Shown here piece after piece: positions 30,731 through 40,743 of a DNA stretch of 64,000 nucleotides. The notes under the pieces were generated by a model that was given only the letters and a program-made list of their open reading frames with translations, did no database searches and was not told where the DNA came from. The translations under genes and the position numbers were made by a program. Source of the DNA: an uncultured delta proteobacterium (GTDB taxonomy: Bacteria > Myxococcota > UBA727 > VGSZ01); NCBI GenBank assembly GCA_963775425.1, contig CAVZJB010000006.1:1-64000 (forward strand), read 5' to 3'. Numbering within the stretch: the first letter of the stretch is position 1; each line of letters starts with the position of its first letter.

Positions 30731-33199
30731 TCACCGCCCGGAGCGCTCGTCCTCGATGCGCATCAACTTCTGGCCGGCCTCGGTGAGCGCCATCAACGCG
30801 CGGTCGCGCTCCTGCGTGATCTGCTCGAGGCGCGCCTCCAGCTCCTCCGTCGAGGGCCCGCGCGCCATGAGGGAGCGCGCCGCGATGCCCGGCGCGGGAT
30901 CCGGCGGCGCCTGCGCCTTCAGCCGGGCGATCTCGGCGCGCGCCTGCGCGAGCTCGGCCTCGACGGCCGCGAGGTCGGCGGGAGCGCCCTCCATGGTGCT
31001 CACCTCGACTTCGAGCGTGCTGTCGTCGCGCGCGCCGGCGCCTCCGCCCATGAACGCGGCGCCCGCGAGGCGCAGGCGGGTCTCCGCGAGCTCCTTCCGG
31101 GTCTCGTCGAGCTGCCGGGTCACGTCGTCGACGCCGTGAAGGCGTTCGCGCAGCGCGGCGATGTCGAGCGCGGCGGCGGCGAGCGCGCGGCGGGCCTCGT
31201 CGCGCTCCTCCTCCGCGCTGCGGATGAGCTCGTTGGCGGCCTCGACCTCGGCGCGCGCGCCGTCGTCCTTCTCGTCGGCGGCCGCGGCGAGCTTCTTCTT
31301 GACCGCGTCGCGCTCGTGCGCGGCCGTGGCGAGCATCCGCCGCGTGTCGTCGCGCTGGCGCGTCGTGGTGGCGAGCGTGGCCTCGAGCTCGGCGCGCTTG
31401 GCCTCGGTGGCCGCGAGCTGCTCGCTCAGCTCCGCGTGCGCCTTCGTCGCGGTCTCGACGGCGGCCCTGGCTTCGTCGCGCTCGCCCTCGACGCGGGCGA
31501 GGCGCGCGCTGAGCTCGGCGGTGCGTTGCTCGCCGTCGGCGCTCTTCTTCTGCGCGTCGGCGGCGAGCTCCTTGACGTCGACGAGCTGTATCTCGACGTT
31601 GGCGAGCTGGAGCTCGGCGTCGTCGCGGAGCTGACGCGCCTGGTGCATCTCGTGGCGCGCCTCTTCGAGCTTGCGCTCGGCCTCTTCGACGTCCTTGGCG
31701 AGCTGCGCCCCGCGCGCCTCGTGCTTGCGCGCGTTGTGGTCGAGGAGCTTCTTTTCGTCCTGCCAGAGCTTCTCGTCGTTGCTGCGGTGCAGTCGCTCCT
31801 CGGTGAGCAGCCGGTCGAGCTCGGAGATGGTGGCCGCGCTTCGCTGGTCGGCCGCCTTGCGCGCCTCCACCTGCTCCTTGAGCGCCGCGGTCAAGTCGCG
31901 GGCGGTGGTCGCGAGCGACGCCGCCTTCTTCTCGACGGCGGCGCGCGCCTCGTCCTCGCTCTGCTGCTCGACCCCGCGCTGCGAGCGCTCGGTGGACACC
32001 TCGCGCAGCAGGGCCTCGTGCTCGTCCATCGCGGCGTTGGCGGCGGCGCGCGCCTGGGCCGCTTCGGAGCGCATGCGATCGAGCTCGGCGGACAGGCGCG
32101 TCTTGGCCTCCTCGGCCGCGGCGGCGGCCTTCTGTGAGCGGGCGAGGTCGGAGCGCGTCCGCTCGAGGTCGGCCTGGGCGGCGCCGTGGGCACGGCGGAG
32201 CTGGTCGACCTCCGCGTAGAGCTCCTCGAGCTGCTTGCGCGTCTCGCCCGTGCCGGCGCCCGCCGCGCCCGTCGCCTGCTCCGCGGCCTGCTGATCGACG
32301 CGCGCCTGTTGGAGGGCGCGCACGGCCTCGTCGCGCGCCTCGAGCGCCGCCTTGAGGTCGGCGATCGCGCTGTCGACCTCGGCGCGCGCGGCCCGCGCTT
32401 CGGCCCGCGCGGCGTTCGTCTGTCCGACGGCGCCGTCGCGCTCGAGCTCGCGCGCGACGAGCCGCTCCCGCAGCGCGCGGATCTCGCCATCGAGGGTGGC
32501 GCGCGCCTCGCGCTCGTGGGCGAGCTCGCGCTCGACGTCGAGGGCGTGTCCCCCGGGGGCGTCGACGAGCGTACGCGGACCGCCGAGCGGTGCTTCGGCG
32601 AACGCGACGGGGGCCACCGGTGCCGTGGGCGGCTCCGAGATCACGATGTCGGAGACGTCGAGGATGAGCGTCTGCTGCGGCGCCGCAGGGAACGCGGGCA
32701 TGGCCGTGACGACGGCCTCGGCCGAGTGCCTGGCGCTCTTGCGCTTGCCGGCGTGCGGCGTGCGCGCCCTCGGCGGCGCGGGGGCCGCCGAGGCGGGAGG
32801 CCGGACGTCGGGCGCCGCGCGGGCGCGGCGGGAGATGTACTCGGCGACGCTCGCGCTGCTCGTCTGCGGCGGGACGAGGACGAGGCGCCCGATCTGGGCG
32901 TAGCCGTTGAGCTCGTCGTTGTCGATCCCGACGTCGTAGAGCAGCACGAAGGGATCGGGGAAGTGGCGCAGGAGCCCGAGGACGAAGTCCGCGCCGCGGC
33001 CCTCGGGGAGCGCGGACGGCGAGACGACGACGTCGAAGCGGGCGGAGCGAACGAGCGCGACCGCCGCCTGCGCGTCGGCGGCGGCGGTGCAGGCGAGGCC
33101 CGCGGCCTGAAAGTCGGAGCCGACGCGCGCACCGACGTCACCGACGAGCAGCACGCGGGCCGCCGGCGAAGCCAGTGGCGGTCCACCGACGTGGGGCAT
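30731..33199 (-). CDS. Degenerate receiver domain plus long coiled coil (AglZ/FrzS-like architecture)
   Basis: RVLLVGD...FDVVV...LPEGRG receiver fold without the phospho-acceptor Asp; about 550 aa of heptad-rich A/E/R/L sequence. Confidence 0.75.
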   Translation of the reverse strand: MPHVGGPPLASPAARVLLVGDVGARVGSDFQAAGLACTAAADAQAAVALVRSARFDVVVSPSALPEGRGADFVLGLLRHFPDPFVLLYDVGIDNDELNGYAQIGRLVLVPPQTSSASVAEYISRRARAAPDVRPPASAAPAPPRARTPHAGKRKSARHSAEAVVTAMPAFPAAPQQTLILDVSDIVISEPPTAPVAPVAFAEAPLGGPRTLVDAPGGHALDVERELAHEREARATLDGEIRALRERLVARELERDGAVGQTNAARAEARAARAEVDSAIADLKAALEARDEAVRALQQARVDQQAAEQATGAAGAGTGETRKQLEELYAEVDQLRRAHGAAQADLERTRSDLARSQKAAAAAEEAKTRLSAELDRMRSEAAQARAAANAAMDEHEALLREVSTERSQRGVEQQSEDEARAAVEKKAASLATTARDLTAALKEQVEARKAADQRSAATISELDRLLTEERLHRSNDEKLWQDEKKLLDHNARKHEARGAQLAKDVEEAERKLEEARHEMHQARQLRDDAELQLANVEIQLVDVKELAADAQKKSADGEQRTAELSARLARVEGERDEARAAVETATKAHAELSEQLAATEAKRAELEATLATTTRQRDDTRRMLATAAHERDAVKKKLAAAADEKDDGARAEVEAANELIRSAEEERDEARRALAAAALDIAALRERLHGVDDVTRQLDETRKELAETRLRLAGAAFMGGGAGARDDSTLEVEVSTMEGAPADLAAVEAELAQARAEIARLKAQAPPDPAPGIAARSLMARGPSTEELEARLEQITQERDRALMALTEAGQKLMRIEDERSGR

Positions 33200-33259
33200 A
33201 CGGGCCAACGTTACTGCACCCGCGGCCTTTCAGGGCGGGCCGTCTCCCGGCGGGGCGCG

Positions 33260-33469
33260 TCAGGCGTGCAACGTGCGACAGGTGCTCACGCCGAAGAGCC
33301 GATACAGCGGGCAAAAGCCGGCGATGCCGGTGGCGAGCCCGATGGCGGCGACGACGAACAGCACGACTTGCGCGGCGACGCCGATGGGGGCGAGCACGGC
33401 GACGAGAAGCGCGATGACACCGATGGTGGCGCGCAGCCACCAATCGACGACAGCTTCATTCTTCTGCAT
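33260..33469 (-). CDS. DUF2892 (YgaP-like) small membrane protein
   Basis: GGAGGAG RBS; MQKNE..VD..LR...G...GFCPLYRLFGVSTC. Confidence 0.85.
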   Translation of the reverse strand: MQKNEAVVDWWLRATIGVIALLVAVLAPIGVAAQVVLFVVAAIGLATGIAGFCPLYRLFGVSTCRTLHA

Positions 33470-33716
33470 GACTCCTCCGCTGGCGCCTCGGTGGCGCCTT
33501 CCTCCAGGTCTGCGTGCCTCCGATGAGCACCCGCCGTGCCACGTCGACGCGGCCGGAGGCCGCGCCCGGCCGGGGGCCGGCCGCGTCGCCGTGGACGTCG
33601 GGGCGCTCGTGCGCACAGGAGGCGCGCCCACCGTGGGCAAGGGCGCCCGGCCGGCGTGCGCCGGCGCGGCGTGCGCCGTGGCGACGGCGCGCACCGGATT
33701 CTGCTAGCTGGGCCGC

Positions 33717-34577
33717 ATGGCCTCCGACTCGCGCGCCCTGCGCCGCATCGGCCGCTCCGGCGGCGACGCCGCCGCGCACGGCTTCGAGGAAAACGGCGTG
33801 TGCATCGGCCAAGGCGCGTTGCACGTGCTCGCGGGCCTCTGCGTGGTCGACAACCGTAATAACCTCGAGGCCGTGCTCGGCGCTCTCGAGCGCGCCGGCG
33901 TACAGACCACCCGCGCCGGCGTGTGGAAGCCCCGAACGAGCCCGTACGACTTCCAGGGCCACGGCGCCGAGATCCTGCCGTGGCTCTTCGAGGCCTGCGG
34001 CGCGCACGGCATCAAGCTCGTCGCCGTCGAGGTGCTCGCGCCCGAGCACATCGAGCAGATCGCGCGCGCGCTCGACGCGGCGGGCCGGCCCACGTCGGTG
34101 ATGATCCAGACGGGCACGCGCAACGCGCAGAACTTCGAGCTGTTGAAGGCCGCGGGGGCGCAGCGCGAGTTCCCCGTGCTCTACAAGCGGGGCAGGGGCA
34201 TCTCCCTCGAGGAGTCGCTGCACGCGGCCGAGTACGTCGCCGCCGGCGGCAACGCGCGCGTGGTCTTCTGCCTCCGGGGTGTCCAGACGCACCTCGGCGA
34301 GCCGCACCGGAACCTCGCGGACTTCGCGCTGGTGCCGGCGGTGAAGCGGTCGACGACGCTGCCGGTGTGCGTCGACCCCTCACACGCCGTCGGCCGCCGC
34401 GACGATGTGCCGGCGGCCGCGCTGCAGGGCGTGGTCGCGGGCGCGGACATGCTGCTCGTCGACGTGCACCCGGACCCGGCGCACGCGCTGTGTGACGGTC
34501 CCCAAGCGCTCTCGCTCGACGCGCTGCCGAAGTTCCTCGACGACGTCGCGCGCGTCCGCGCCGCCGTCGCCCGCTGA
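33717..34577 (+). CDS. aroF: 3-deoxy-7-phosphoheptulonate (DAHP) synthase, class I-beta
   Basis: AGLC, KPRTSPYDFQG, GTRNAQNFELL, PVLYKRG, VDPSH, VHPDP..ALCDGPQ. Confidence 0.88.
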   Translation: MASDSRALRRIGRSGGDAAAHGFEENGVCIGQGALHVLAGLCVVDNRNNLEAVLGALERAGVQTTRAGVWKPRTSPYDFQGHGAEILPWLFEACGAHGIKLVAVEVLAPEHIEQIARALDAAGRPTSVMIQTGTRNAQNFELLKAAGAQREFPVLYKRGRGISLEESLHAAEYVAAGGNARVVFCLRGVQTHLGEPHRNLADFALVPAVKRSTTLPVCVDPSHAVGRRDDVPAAALQGVVAGADMLLVDVHPDPAHALCDGPQALSLDALPKFLDDVARVRAAVAR

Positions 34578-34583
34578 GGGCGC

Positions 34584-35270
34584 TCAGCGGCGCAGGAGCG
34601 GCACGGGGACGGGAGCGCCCGACATCGAGCCCGTCGACGGCAACGACAACGACAACGGCGCGCGCGCGCGGTCGGCGAGCGCCGGCAACGCGGGCACGAG
34701 GACGTCGAGGACGGCGGCGAGGTGCTCTGCGTGGGTGCGGGCCTCGTCGAGGGTGAGCTCGTCGAGATCCGCGTCGCAGCGAATGACGTCGTCGCGCACG
34801 CTCAAGCTGCGGACGCGCGCGTCGTGGAAGAACGCGACGAGCGCGGTGCGCAGCTCGAGCTGCAGGAGCAGCTCGTGCACGGGCCCGGGCGCGCCGTGGA
34901 ACACGAGCCCTTCGAGCCCGTGGTCGACGACGTCGACCTCCGGCAAGCCGTCTGTGCCGTCGGCGTTCACGGCGCCGGTGCGGGTGACGGCCATGGGCGT
35001 GCGGCACGGGACGCGCTCGACCTGCAGGTGCCACGACTTCCGCTGCTCGTGGTGGATCTCGGGGACGATGACGATGGCCGGCGCAGATCGCGAGCGGGCG
35101 GCGAGCTGCTGTTGCGGGCCGCGCTTCACGAGGAGCGGCTCGAAGTCGTCGGAGCGCGCGACCTCCCGCCGGAACCGCGCGGCGTCGCTGCGGCGGCGGC
35201 GGCTCGCGCGGAACGTCGCGACACCCGCGGCGAGCACGATGAGGCCGAAGCCGAGCGCCAGGAAGAGCAC
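34584..35270 (-). CDS. Hypothetical membrane-anchored protein
   Basis: N-terminal TM helix followed by a basic patch; coding-like GC3; start uncertain. Confidence 0.5.
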   Translation of the reverse strand: MLFLALGFGLIVLAAGVATFRASRRRRSDAARFRREVARSDDFEPLLVKRGPQQQLAARSRSAPAIVIVPEIHHEQRKSWHLQVERVPCRTPMAVTRTGAVNADGTDGLPEVDVVDHGLEGLVFHGAPGPVHELLLQLELRTALVAFFHDARVRSLSVRDDVIRCDADLDELTLDEARTHAEHLAAVLDVLVPALPALADRARAPLSLSLPSTGSMSGAPVPVPLLRR

Positions 35271-35389
35271 GTCGAAACGGTAGCACGCGCCCTCGCGCCT
35301 CGCGGCGACGCGTCGCCCACGAGGGGCTCGAGACGCGACGTTGCTCCGGCCCACGACGGCGCGGAGCCCACGATCGGCGTGGGACGTCG

Positions 35390-36133
35390 TCAGGGCGCCG
35401 CAGCGATGGTGGCGCCGCCCGTGATCTTTCGCGCCGAAAAGACCGTGAGCGGATCGACGGCCACACGCCGCGCCTTCCCGCACGCGTCCCCGCGGTGCGC
35501 GCGTTGCGCGCGGGCGGGGCCGCAGTCGTCGACGACGCGCTCGACGCGGAAGTGCAGGTGCGGCCCCGTCACCGATCCCGAGATGCCGGTGAGGCCGAGC
35601 AGCTCCCCGCGCGCGACGCGCTGCCCCTCGAAGACCTCGGTGTGGGAGAGGTGCGCGAACGTGAGGACGTACGCGCCGTCGAGGGTGTCGCCGATGATGT
35701 AGCGGCCGGCGCGCTTCTGGTACGCGACGGTGCGGATGGCGAGGTCGGTGGGCGCCGCGACCTCGGTGCCCATGGGGGCGGCGATGTCGACGGCGTCGTG
35801 CATGGAGTCGTCGTCGCGCATGCCGAAGCGGGAGGTGATGCGCCCGACCACCGGAGGCAGCCAGCCGGCGACCGACGGATCCACGTCGGCCGCGTCGACG
35901 GACGGCGCGGTGTCGGACGGCGCGCTCTCGGGCTCCACGTCCTCGACGGCGGCGACGACGTCCTCGGCGCCGTCGTCAGCGGGCGCGCCCGGCGTGACGG
36001 CGGGGCGCTCGGGCCACGCGACGCCCGCGCGCGGCGCGACGTGCGCGGCCGCGGGCACCCGCCCGTGGCACCCGGCCGCCGCCGCGCACGCGCCGAACAG
36101 CAGGAGCAGGGGGGCGGTGTGCGAACAGGCCAC
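35390..36133 (-). CDS. M23 family metallopeptidase (probable lipoprotein)
   Basis: ITSRFG.R...HDAVDIAA, FAHLS, TGPHLHF zinc motifs; start uncertain. Confidence 0.85.
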   Translation of the reverse strand: MACSHTAPLLLLFGACAAAAGCHGRVPAAAHVAPRAGVAWPERPAVTPGAPADDGAEDVVAAVEDVEPESAPSDTAPSVDAADVDPSVAGWLPPVVGRITSRFGMRDDDSMHDAVDIAAPMGTEVAAPTDLAIRTVAYQKRAGRYIIGDTLDGAYVLTFAHLSHTEVFEGQRVARGELLGLTGISGSVTGPHLHFRVERVVDDCGPARAQRAHRGDACGKARRVAVDPLTVFSARKITGGATIAAAP

Positions 36134-36175
36134 GCAGGGAGATCCTAGCTCTGGAGAAGGAACGCGGAGGCAGAC

Positions 36176-36661
36176 ATGGACATGCCGGAGCCGTCGGCGG
36201 AGCACGGGAGGCTTCGTTCGCTCATCGGGCGGTTCACGGGACCCGAGCTCGTGTATCGATTGCCCTACACCAAGGCAGGCGTCGCCACCGGGAGCTGGGC
36301 CATCCGCAGCGCGTGCGACGGGTTCTTCCTGATCCTCGACTACCTGCAGGAGGTCGACGGCCACCCGACCATGCGCGGCCACGGCGTCATCGGCTACGAC
36401 GCGCGCGCGGGGATCTATACGCTGCACTGGTTCGACTCGTTCGGCCGGCCGCCGTCGCTGCCGGGGCGCGGCAGGTGGACCGGGAGCACGCTCGTGTTCG
36501 AGCACGGCGCCGACGGGAGCGAGAGCCGGACGCTGATCGGCGTCGACGCGGGCAACCTGGTGTTCCGCGCGGAGACCGACGCGGGCCACGGCGCGTACGA
36601 GCCGCTCCTCGAGGGCTCGTACGAGCGCCGCGAGGCGGCGCGCGCCGAGGCGCACCCGTAG
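36176..36661 (+). CDS. DUF1579-like protein
   Basis: H..L..LIG.F.G, GHGVIGYD...Y..HWFDSFG; GGAGG RBS. Confidence 0.7.
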   Translation: MDMPEPSAEHGRLRSLIGRFTGPELVYRLPYTKAGVATGSWAIRSACDGFFLILDYLQEVDGHPTMRGHGVIGYDARAGIYTLHWFDSFGRPPSLPGRGRWTGSTLVFEHGADGSESRTLIGVDAGNLVFRAETDAGHGAYEPLLEGSYERREAARAEAHP

Positions 36662-36675
36662 GGCGCGATCGCCGG

Positions 36676-37659
36676 TCAGGGGAGCGCGCGCAGGAGCTCG
36701 GCGGCGTCGAGCGCGCCCGGGGCCGCGCCGCGGCGGGCGGCGTCGGCGGCGAGGCGGACGAGCAGCGCGTTCGCGGGCGTGGGCACGTCATGCAGGCGGC
36801 CGAGGAGGACGACCTCGCCGCTCAGCCAGTCCGTCTCGATGCTGTGCGCCCCGCGCGCGAGGCTCTGCCACGTGGAGCCGCCGGCGCGCGGCTCGCCGTC
36901 GATGGGCTGCACGCGCAACAGGCTCCCGCGGCGCGCCTTGTCCTCGGCGTCGGAGACGGCGTCGACGCCGGCGGCGCGCAGCGCGGCCTCTCCCTCCGCG
37001 CGCGCGCGGGCGACGAGCGCGTCGGCGGCGCTCGCTCGCTCGGGCGTGTCGCGCGCGCACAGCGCCTGCACGGCGTTGCCGAGGTTCATGATGAGCTTGC
37101 GCCACTTCCAACGCATGATGTCCGCGCGCGGCTCGGACACGAACGTCGACGCGGACAACGCCGCCGCCAGCGCCCGCGCCGTGTCGTCGACGCCGCGGGG
37201 GGCGCGCCCGACGTCGAGGATGCCCGTGACGGGCGCCGAGCACGCGTCGACCACGCCGGGCTTCAGGTGCGTCGTCGGGCACATGACGACGACGCCGTAG
37301 ACGCGCTCGAACAAGCGGAGCGCCGCGCGCTCGTTGGCGACGCCGTTTTGCAGGCACACCACCGCCGGCGCCGCGCCCGTGTCGCGCAGGGCGGAGAGCG
37401 CGGCCTGCGTGTGCTGGCTCTTCACCGCGAGGAGCACGACGTCGTCGTCGCGCGCGCCGGCCGCGGCGACGTCGGCGACGACGGGGATCTGCAGCGTGAC
37501 CGAGCCCGCCGGCGAGCGCAGGGTGAGCCCGTGGGCGGCGATGGCCTCGCGGTGCGCGCCGCGCGCCACCAACGTCACGTCGTGGCCGGCCTCGAACAAG
37601 CGCGCGCCGGCGACGCCGCCGACCGCACCCGCGCCGAAGACGATGAAGCGCGGAGCCAT
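36676..37659 (-). CDS. Ketopantoate reductase family protein (PanE/ApbA)
   Basis: FGAGAVGG, LAVKS, CLQNG, KWRKL..N, STWQ, E...LSG. Confidence 0.88.
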   Translation of the reverse strand: MAPRFIVFGAGAVGGVAGARLFEAGHDVTLVARGAHREAIAAHGLTLRSPAGSVTLQIPVVADVAAAGARDDDVVLLAVKSQHTQAALSALRDTGAAPAVVCLQNGVANERAALRLFERVYGVVVMCPTTHLKPGVVDACSAPVTGILDVGRAPRGVDDTARALAAALSASTFVSEPRADIMRWKWRKLIMNLGNAVQALCARDTPERASAADALVARARAEGEAALRAAGVDAVSDAEDKARRGSLLRVQPIDGEPRAGGSTWQSLARGAHSIETDWLSGEVVLLGRLHDVPTPANALLVRLAADAARRGAAPGALDAAELLRALP

Positions 37660-37716
37660 ACGAGGAGCACCCCACGCCCGCGTGCGGCGCGCGCCGCGAC
37701 CGCGGGCCGCTGAAGA

Positions 37717-38226
37717 TCAGCCCTTCAGGTCGAACTCGCCTCGGCGGTTCTTCGCCCGCGCTGCGTCGTCGTCGCCGGCGACCGCCGGGCGCTCTTCGCC
37801 GTAGGAGATGCTGTTGAGGCGCGTCGGGTCGACGCCGAGCTTCTTCAGGTACTTCACGGCTGCGCGGGCGCGGCGGTCGCCGAGGGCGAGGTTGTACTCC
37901 TCGCTGCCGAGCTCGTCGCAGTGGCCCTCGATGGTGAGCTTGGCGCCCGCGTGCGCGTTCAGGTACGTCGCCATCTGCTGCAGCTCGTTCTGTGCGTCGC
38001 TGGTGAGCTGGTCCGAGTCGAACTCGAAGTAGATGGGCGCGGTGGGCGCGTCGGGGCCGGCGCTCACCGTGGCGCCGGGCGACCTCGCGGGCGCGGCCTT
38101 GGCGACCTTGGCCGCCGCCGGCGCCGGCGCGGTGCCGGCGAGGGGCGCGCGGGCCTTCTGGTCGTGGGCGCACGCCGAGGCCAGCGTGAGGGAAACGGCG
38201 ACGGATGCGAGGGCGAGCGATCTCAT
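37717..38226 (-). CDS. pal: Peptidoglycan-associated lipoprotein (OmpA-like domain)
   Basis: Lipobox ASAC; IYFEFDS, IEGHCDE.GS.EYNLALGDRRA, ISYGEERP, KNRR. Confidence 0.9.
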   Translation of the reverse strand: MRSLALASVAVSLTLASACAHDQKARAPLAGTAPAPAAAKVAKAAPARSPGATVSAGPDAPTAPIYFEFDSDQLTSDAQNELQQMATYLNAHAGAKLTIEGHCDELGSEEYNLALGDRRARAAVKYLKKLGVDPTRLNSISYGEERPAVAGDDDAARAKNRRGEFDLKG

Positions 38227-38346
38227 GGGGCCTCCTGACTCTCGACGGTACGCCGAACGCAAAGAATTGCGACCGGAACGCGGTTCGACCCGGACAAACG
38301 TCGGCGCGCGCCGAAAGATTCGCAAAGGATGTGTAAGCTGCGATCG

Positions 38347-39042
38347 ATGCGCACCGCTCCTTCGTCCCTCGCCTGCGCCCTCGTCGCCGTCGCTGTCGTC
38401 GTCGTCGGCTGCAAAGATCACAAGACCCCCGCGGGCGACACCGCCGCGGCGGCGCCCGCGGCCGACGACAAGCTGCCGCCGGAGCCGGTCGTCACCGATG
38501 AAGCGACCGACCTGTTGTTCTCTTACGTGGATGCGACCGGACATGTGGTGGCCGCCTCCAAGATCGGAGACATCCCCGACGCGGTGAAGTCGCGCGTCCT
38601 CGTGGTCGATCTGGACAAGACGCCCGCGGAGCGACAGGCGCACCGCTACGCGTTCTTCGCCGATCTCACGGCCAAGGGCCCCGACGGCAAATACCCCGTG
38701 AGCATCGTCAGCCGCTACGACGCCGCCAAGGGCCAGGTCCAGGCGCCGATGGCGCCGGCGCCGCCGGGGAGCGTCATCGTCTACTCCGCCTCGTGGTGCG
38801 GCTTCTGCAAAAAGGCGAAGGCGTGGCTGCACGAAAACAACGTCCCCTTCATCGATCGCGACGTCGAGCGGACCGCGGGCGCGCAGCAGGAGCTCGACGA
38901 CAAGCTCAAGGCCGCCGGCGTCCCCGGCGGGGGCATCCCGGTCATCGACTGGGCCGGCAACCTCGTCATGGGCTTCGATCGGGCCGCCCTCGAGAAGCTC
39001 AAGAGCGCGCACCCCGTGGCCCCGGCGCCATCGGCCCCGTGA
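38347..39042 (+). CDS. Glutaredoxin/NrdH-like lipoprotein
   Basis: Lipobox VVGC; YSASWCGFC, GIPVI, MGF. Confidence 0.85.
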   Translation: MRTAPSSLACALVAVAVVVVGCKDHKTPAGDTAAAAPAADDKLPPEPVVTDEATDLLFSYVDATGHVVAASKIGDIPDAVKSRVLVVDLDKTPAERQAHRYAFFADLTAKGPDGKYPVSIVSRYDAAKGQVQAPMAPAPPGSVIVYSASWCGFCKKAKAWLHENNVPFIDRDVERTAGAQQELDDKLKAAGVPGGGIPVIDWAGNLVMGFDRAALEKLKSAHPVAPAPSAP

Positions 39043-39091
39043 CCGGTCCCCCCGCGTTGACCCAGCGTGCCGTGAGGGACATGGTTCGCCC

Positions 39092-39664
39092 ATGACGCTG
39101 CCGCTCTTCCTCGCCGCCCACGTCATCTACGGCGTCGTCATGGCCCACGTCCTCATCCGCCGGATGCGCGCCGAGGGCGAGGTCATCGGCGTCCCGCTCG
39201 TGGTCACCGTGACCCCCATCGGCCTCGTCACGGCGCCGCTCGGCGCGGTGCTCCTGCGCTACGCCGGCGGGTGGTTCCTGCACGGTTGGTTCATCGGCGA
39301 CGGCAACATCGCCTACGAGCGCTTCCAGCTCGGGCTCATGCTGCTCGTGATGTTCCTCGCGGGCGCGTGCACCGTCGGCGGCATGTTCGCCGGGGTCGCG
39401 GCGCTGTCGCGCGGCAACCCCAAGCTCGCCGCGGCGCCCGCCGTGCTCGCGGGCGCCGCCGCCGTCGCCATCGCCGTCTTCGACGCCCCCGAGGTATTCC
39501 ACGTGCGCGGCGCCGACGAGCGCCTCTTGTTCCTCCACCCGGCCGGCCTCGTGTCGCTCGCCGTGATCGCCGCGCTCGTCGCCGTCGTCTTGTATACGCG
39601 CGCGCGCGTGGCCAACGTGATGCCGCGCCCGCTCGGGCCCACGTCGCCCATCGCCCTGCGGTGA
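39092..39664 (+). CDS. Hypothetical integral membrane protein
   Basis: About 5 TM helices; GTGA overlap with tsaD. Confidence 0.7.
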   Translation: MTLPLFLAAHVIYGVVMAHVLIRRMRAEGEVIGVPLVVTVTPIGLVTAPLGAVLLRYAGGWFLHGWFIGDGNIAYERFQLGLMLLVMFLAGACTVGGMFAGVAALSRGNPKLAAAPAVLAGAAAVAIAVFDAPEVFHVRGADERLLFLHPAGLVSLAVIAALVAVVLYTRARVANVMPRPLGPTSPIALR

Positions 39665-40713
39665 CGGAGCTGTCCGGGCCGCTCTTGGCCCTCGAGTCGA
39701 GCTGCGACGAGACCGCCGCCGCCGTCGTCGACGCCGGCGGCCGCGTCCTCGCCAACGTCGTCCACACGCAGGTGGCGGTGCACGCGCCCTACGGCGGCGT
39801 CGTTCCCGAGATCGCGTCGCGCGAGCACCTCGCGCGCGTGGTGCCGGTGGTGCGGCGCGCCCTCGACGACGCCGGCGTGGCGCCGCGCGAGCTTCGCGCC
39901 GTGGCGGCGACGTACGGGCCGGGGCTCATCGGCGCGCTGCTCGTGGGGCTCCAGACCGCCAAGGGGCTCGCGCGCTCGCTCGAGGTGCCCTTCGTCGGCG
40001 TGCATCACATCGAGGGGCACCTGATGGCGGCGAGCGTCGATCCCGCCGCGCCGGCGCCGCCCTTCATCGGCCTCGTGGCGTCGGGGGGCCACTCGGCGCT
40101 CTACGTGTTCGAAGGGGTGGGCAGGAGCACGCTGCTCGGGCAGACGCGCGACGACGCCGCGGGCGAGGCGTTCGACAAGACGGCCAAGCTCCTCGGGCTC
40201 GGCTATCCCGGCGGCGTCGTCGTCGACCAGCTCGCCGCGTCGGGGGACCCCGCGCGCTTCCCGATGCCGGTGTCGTTGAAGGACCGGCGCACCTACGACT
40301 TTTCGTTCTCGGGCTTGAAGACCGCCGTGCGCGTGCTCGTCGACAAGGAGCGCGCCGCGGGCCGCGAGCTCGAGGGGCAGGCGCTCGCGGATCTGTGCGC
40401 GTCGGTGCGCAAGGCCATCGTCGACGCGCTGGTGCAAAAGGCCATGCTCGCCTGCAGGAGGAAGCAGGTGCACAAGCTCGTGCTCGGCGGCGGCGTCAGC
40501 GCCAACGCGCTGTTGCGCGCGGAGGTCGCGCGCGCCGGCGGCGAAAACGACGTCGAGGTCTACGTGCCGCCGAAGGCCTTGTGCACCGACAACGCCGTGA
40601 TGATCGCCGCGGCCGCGCGCGCGTGGCTGCTGCAGGGGCGGCACAGCGCGCTGTCCTTGATGGCCGACCCGAACGCCCTCGTCGAGGACAGCGCGCGCGC
40701 CCTCGAGCCTTGA
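39661..40713 (+). CDS. tsaD: tRNA N6-adenosine threonylcarbamoyltransferase
   Basis: LESSCDET, GGVVPEIASREH, HHIEGH, SGGH, TRDDAAGEAFDK, FSFSGLKT, CTDNAVMI. Confidence 0.97.
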   Translation: MTELSGPLLALESSCDETAAAVVDAGGRVLANVVHTQVAVHAPYGGVVPEIASREHLARVVPVVRRALDDAGVAPRELRAVAATYGPGLIGALLVGLQTAKGLARSLEVPFVGVHHIEGHLMAASVDPAAPAPPFIGLVASGGHSALYVFEGVGRSTLLGQTRDDAAGEAFDKTAKLLGLGYPGGVVVDQLAASGDPARFPMPVSLKDRRTYDFSFSGLKTAVRVLVDKERAAGRELEGQALADLCASVRKAIVDALVQKAMLACRRKQVHKLVLGGGVSANALLRAEVARAGGENDVEVYVPPKALCTDNAVMIAAAARAWLLQGRHSALSLMADPNALVEDSARALEP

Positions 40714-40743
40714 CCGGCGCGCGCCGATGAAGCCGGCGCGGGA

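Noticed and set aside
33514-33716. Frameshifted N-terminal regulatory extension of the DAHP synthase at GATTC (about 33697)
   Set aside because: Removing a base does not produce an open in-frame fusion or a recognisable ACT/chorismate mutase domain.
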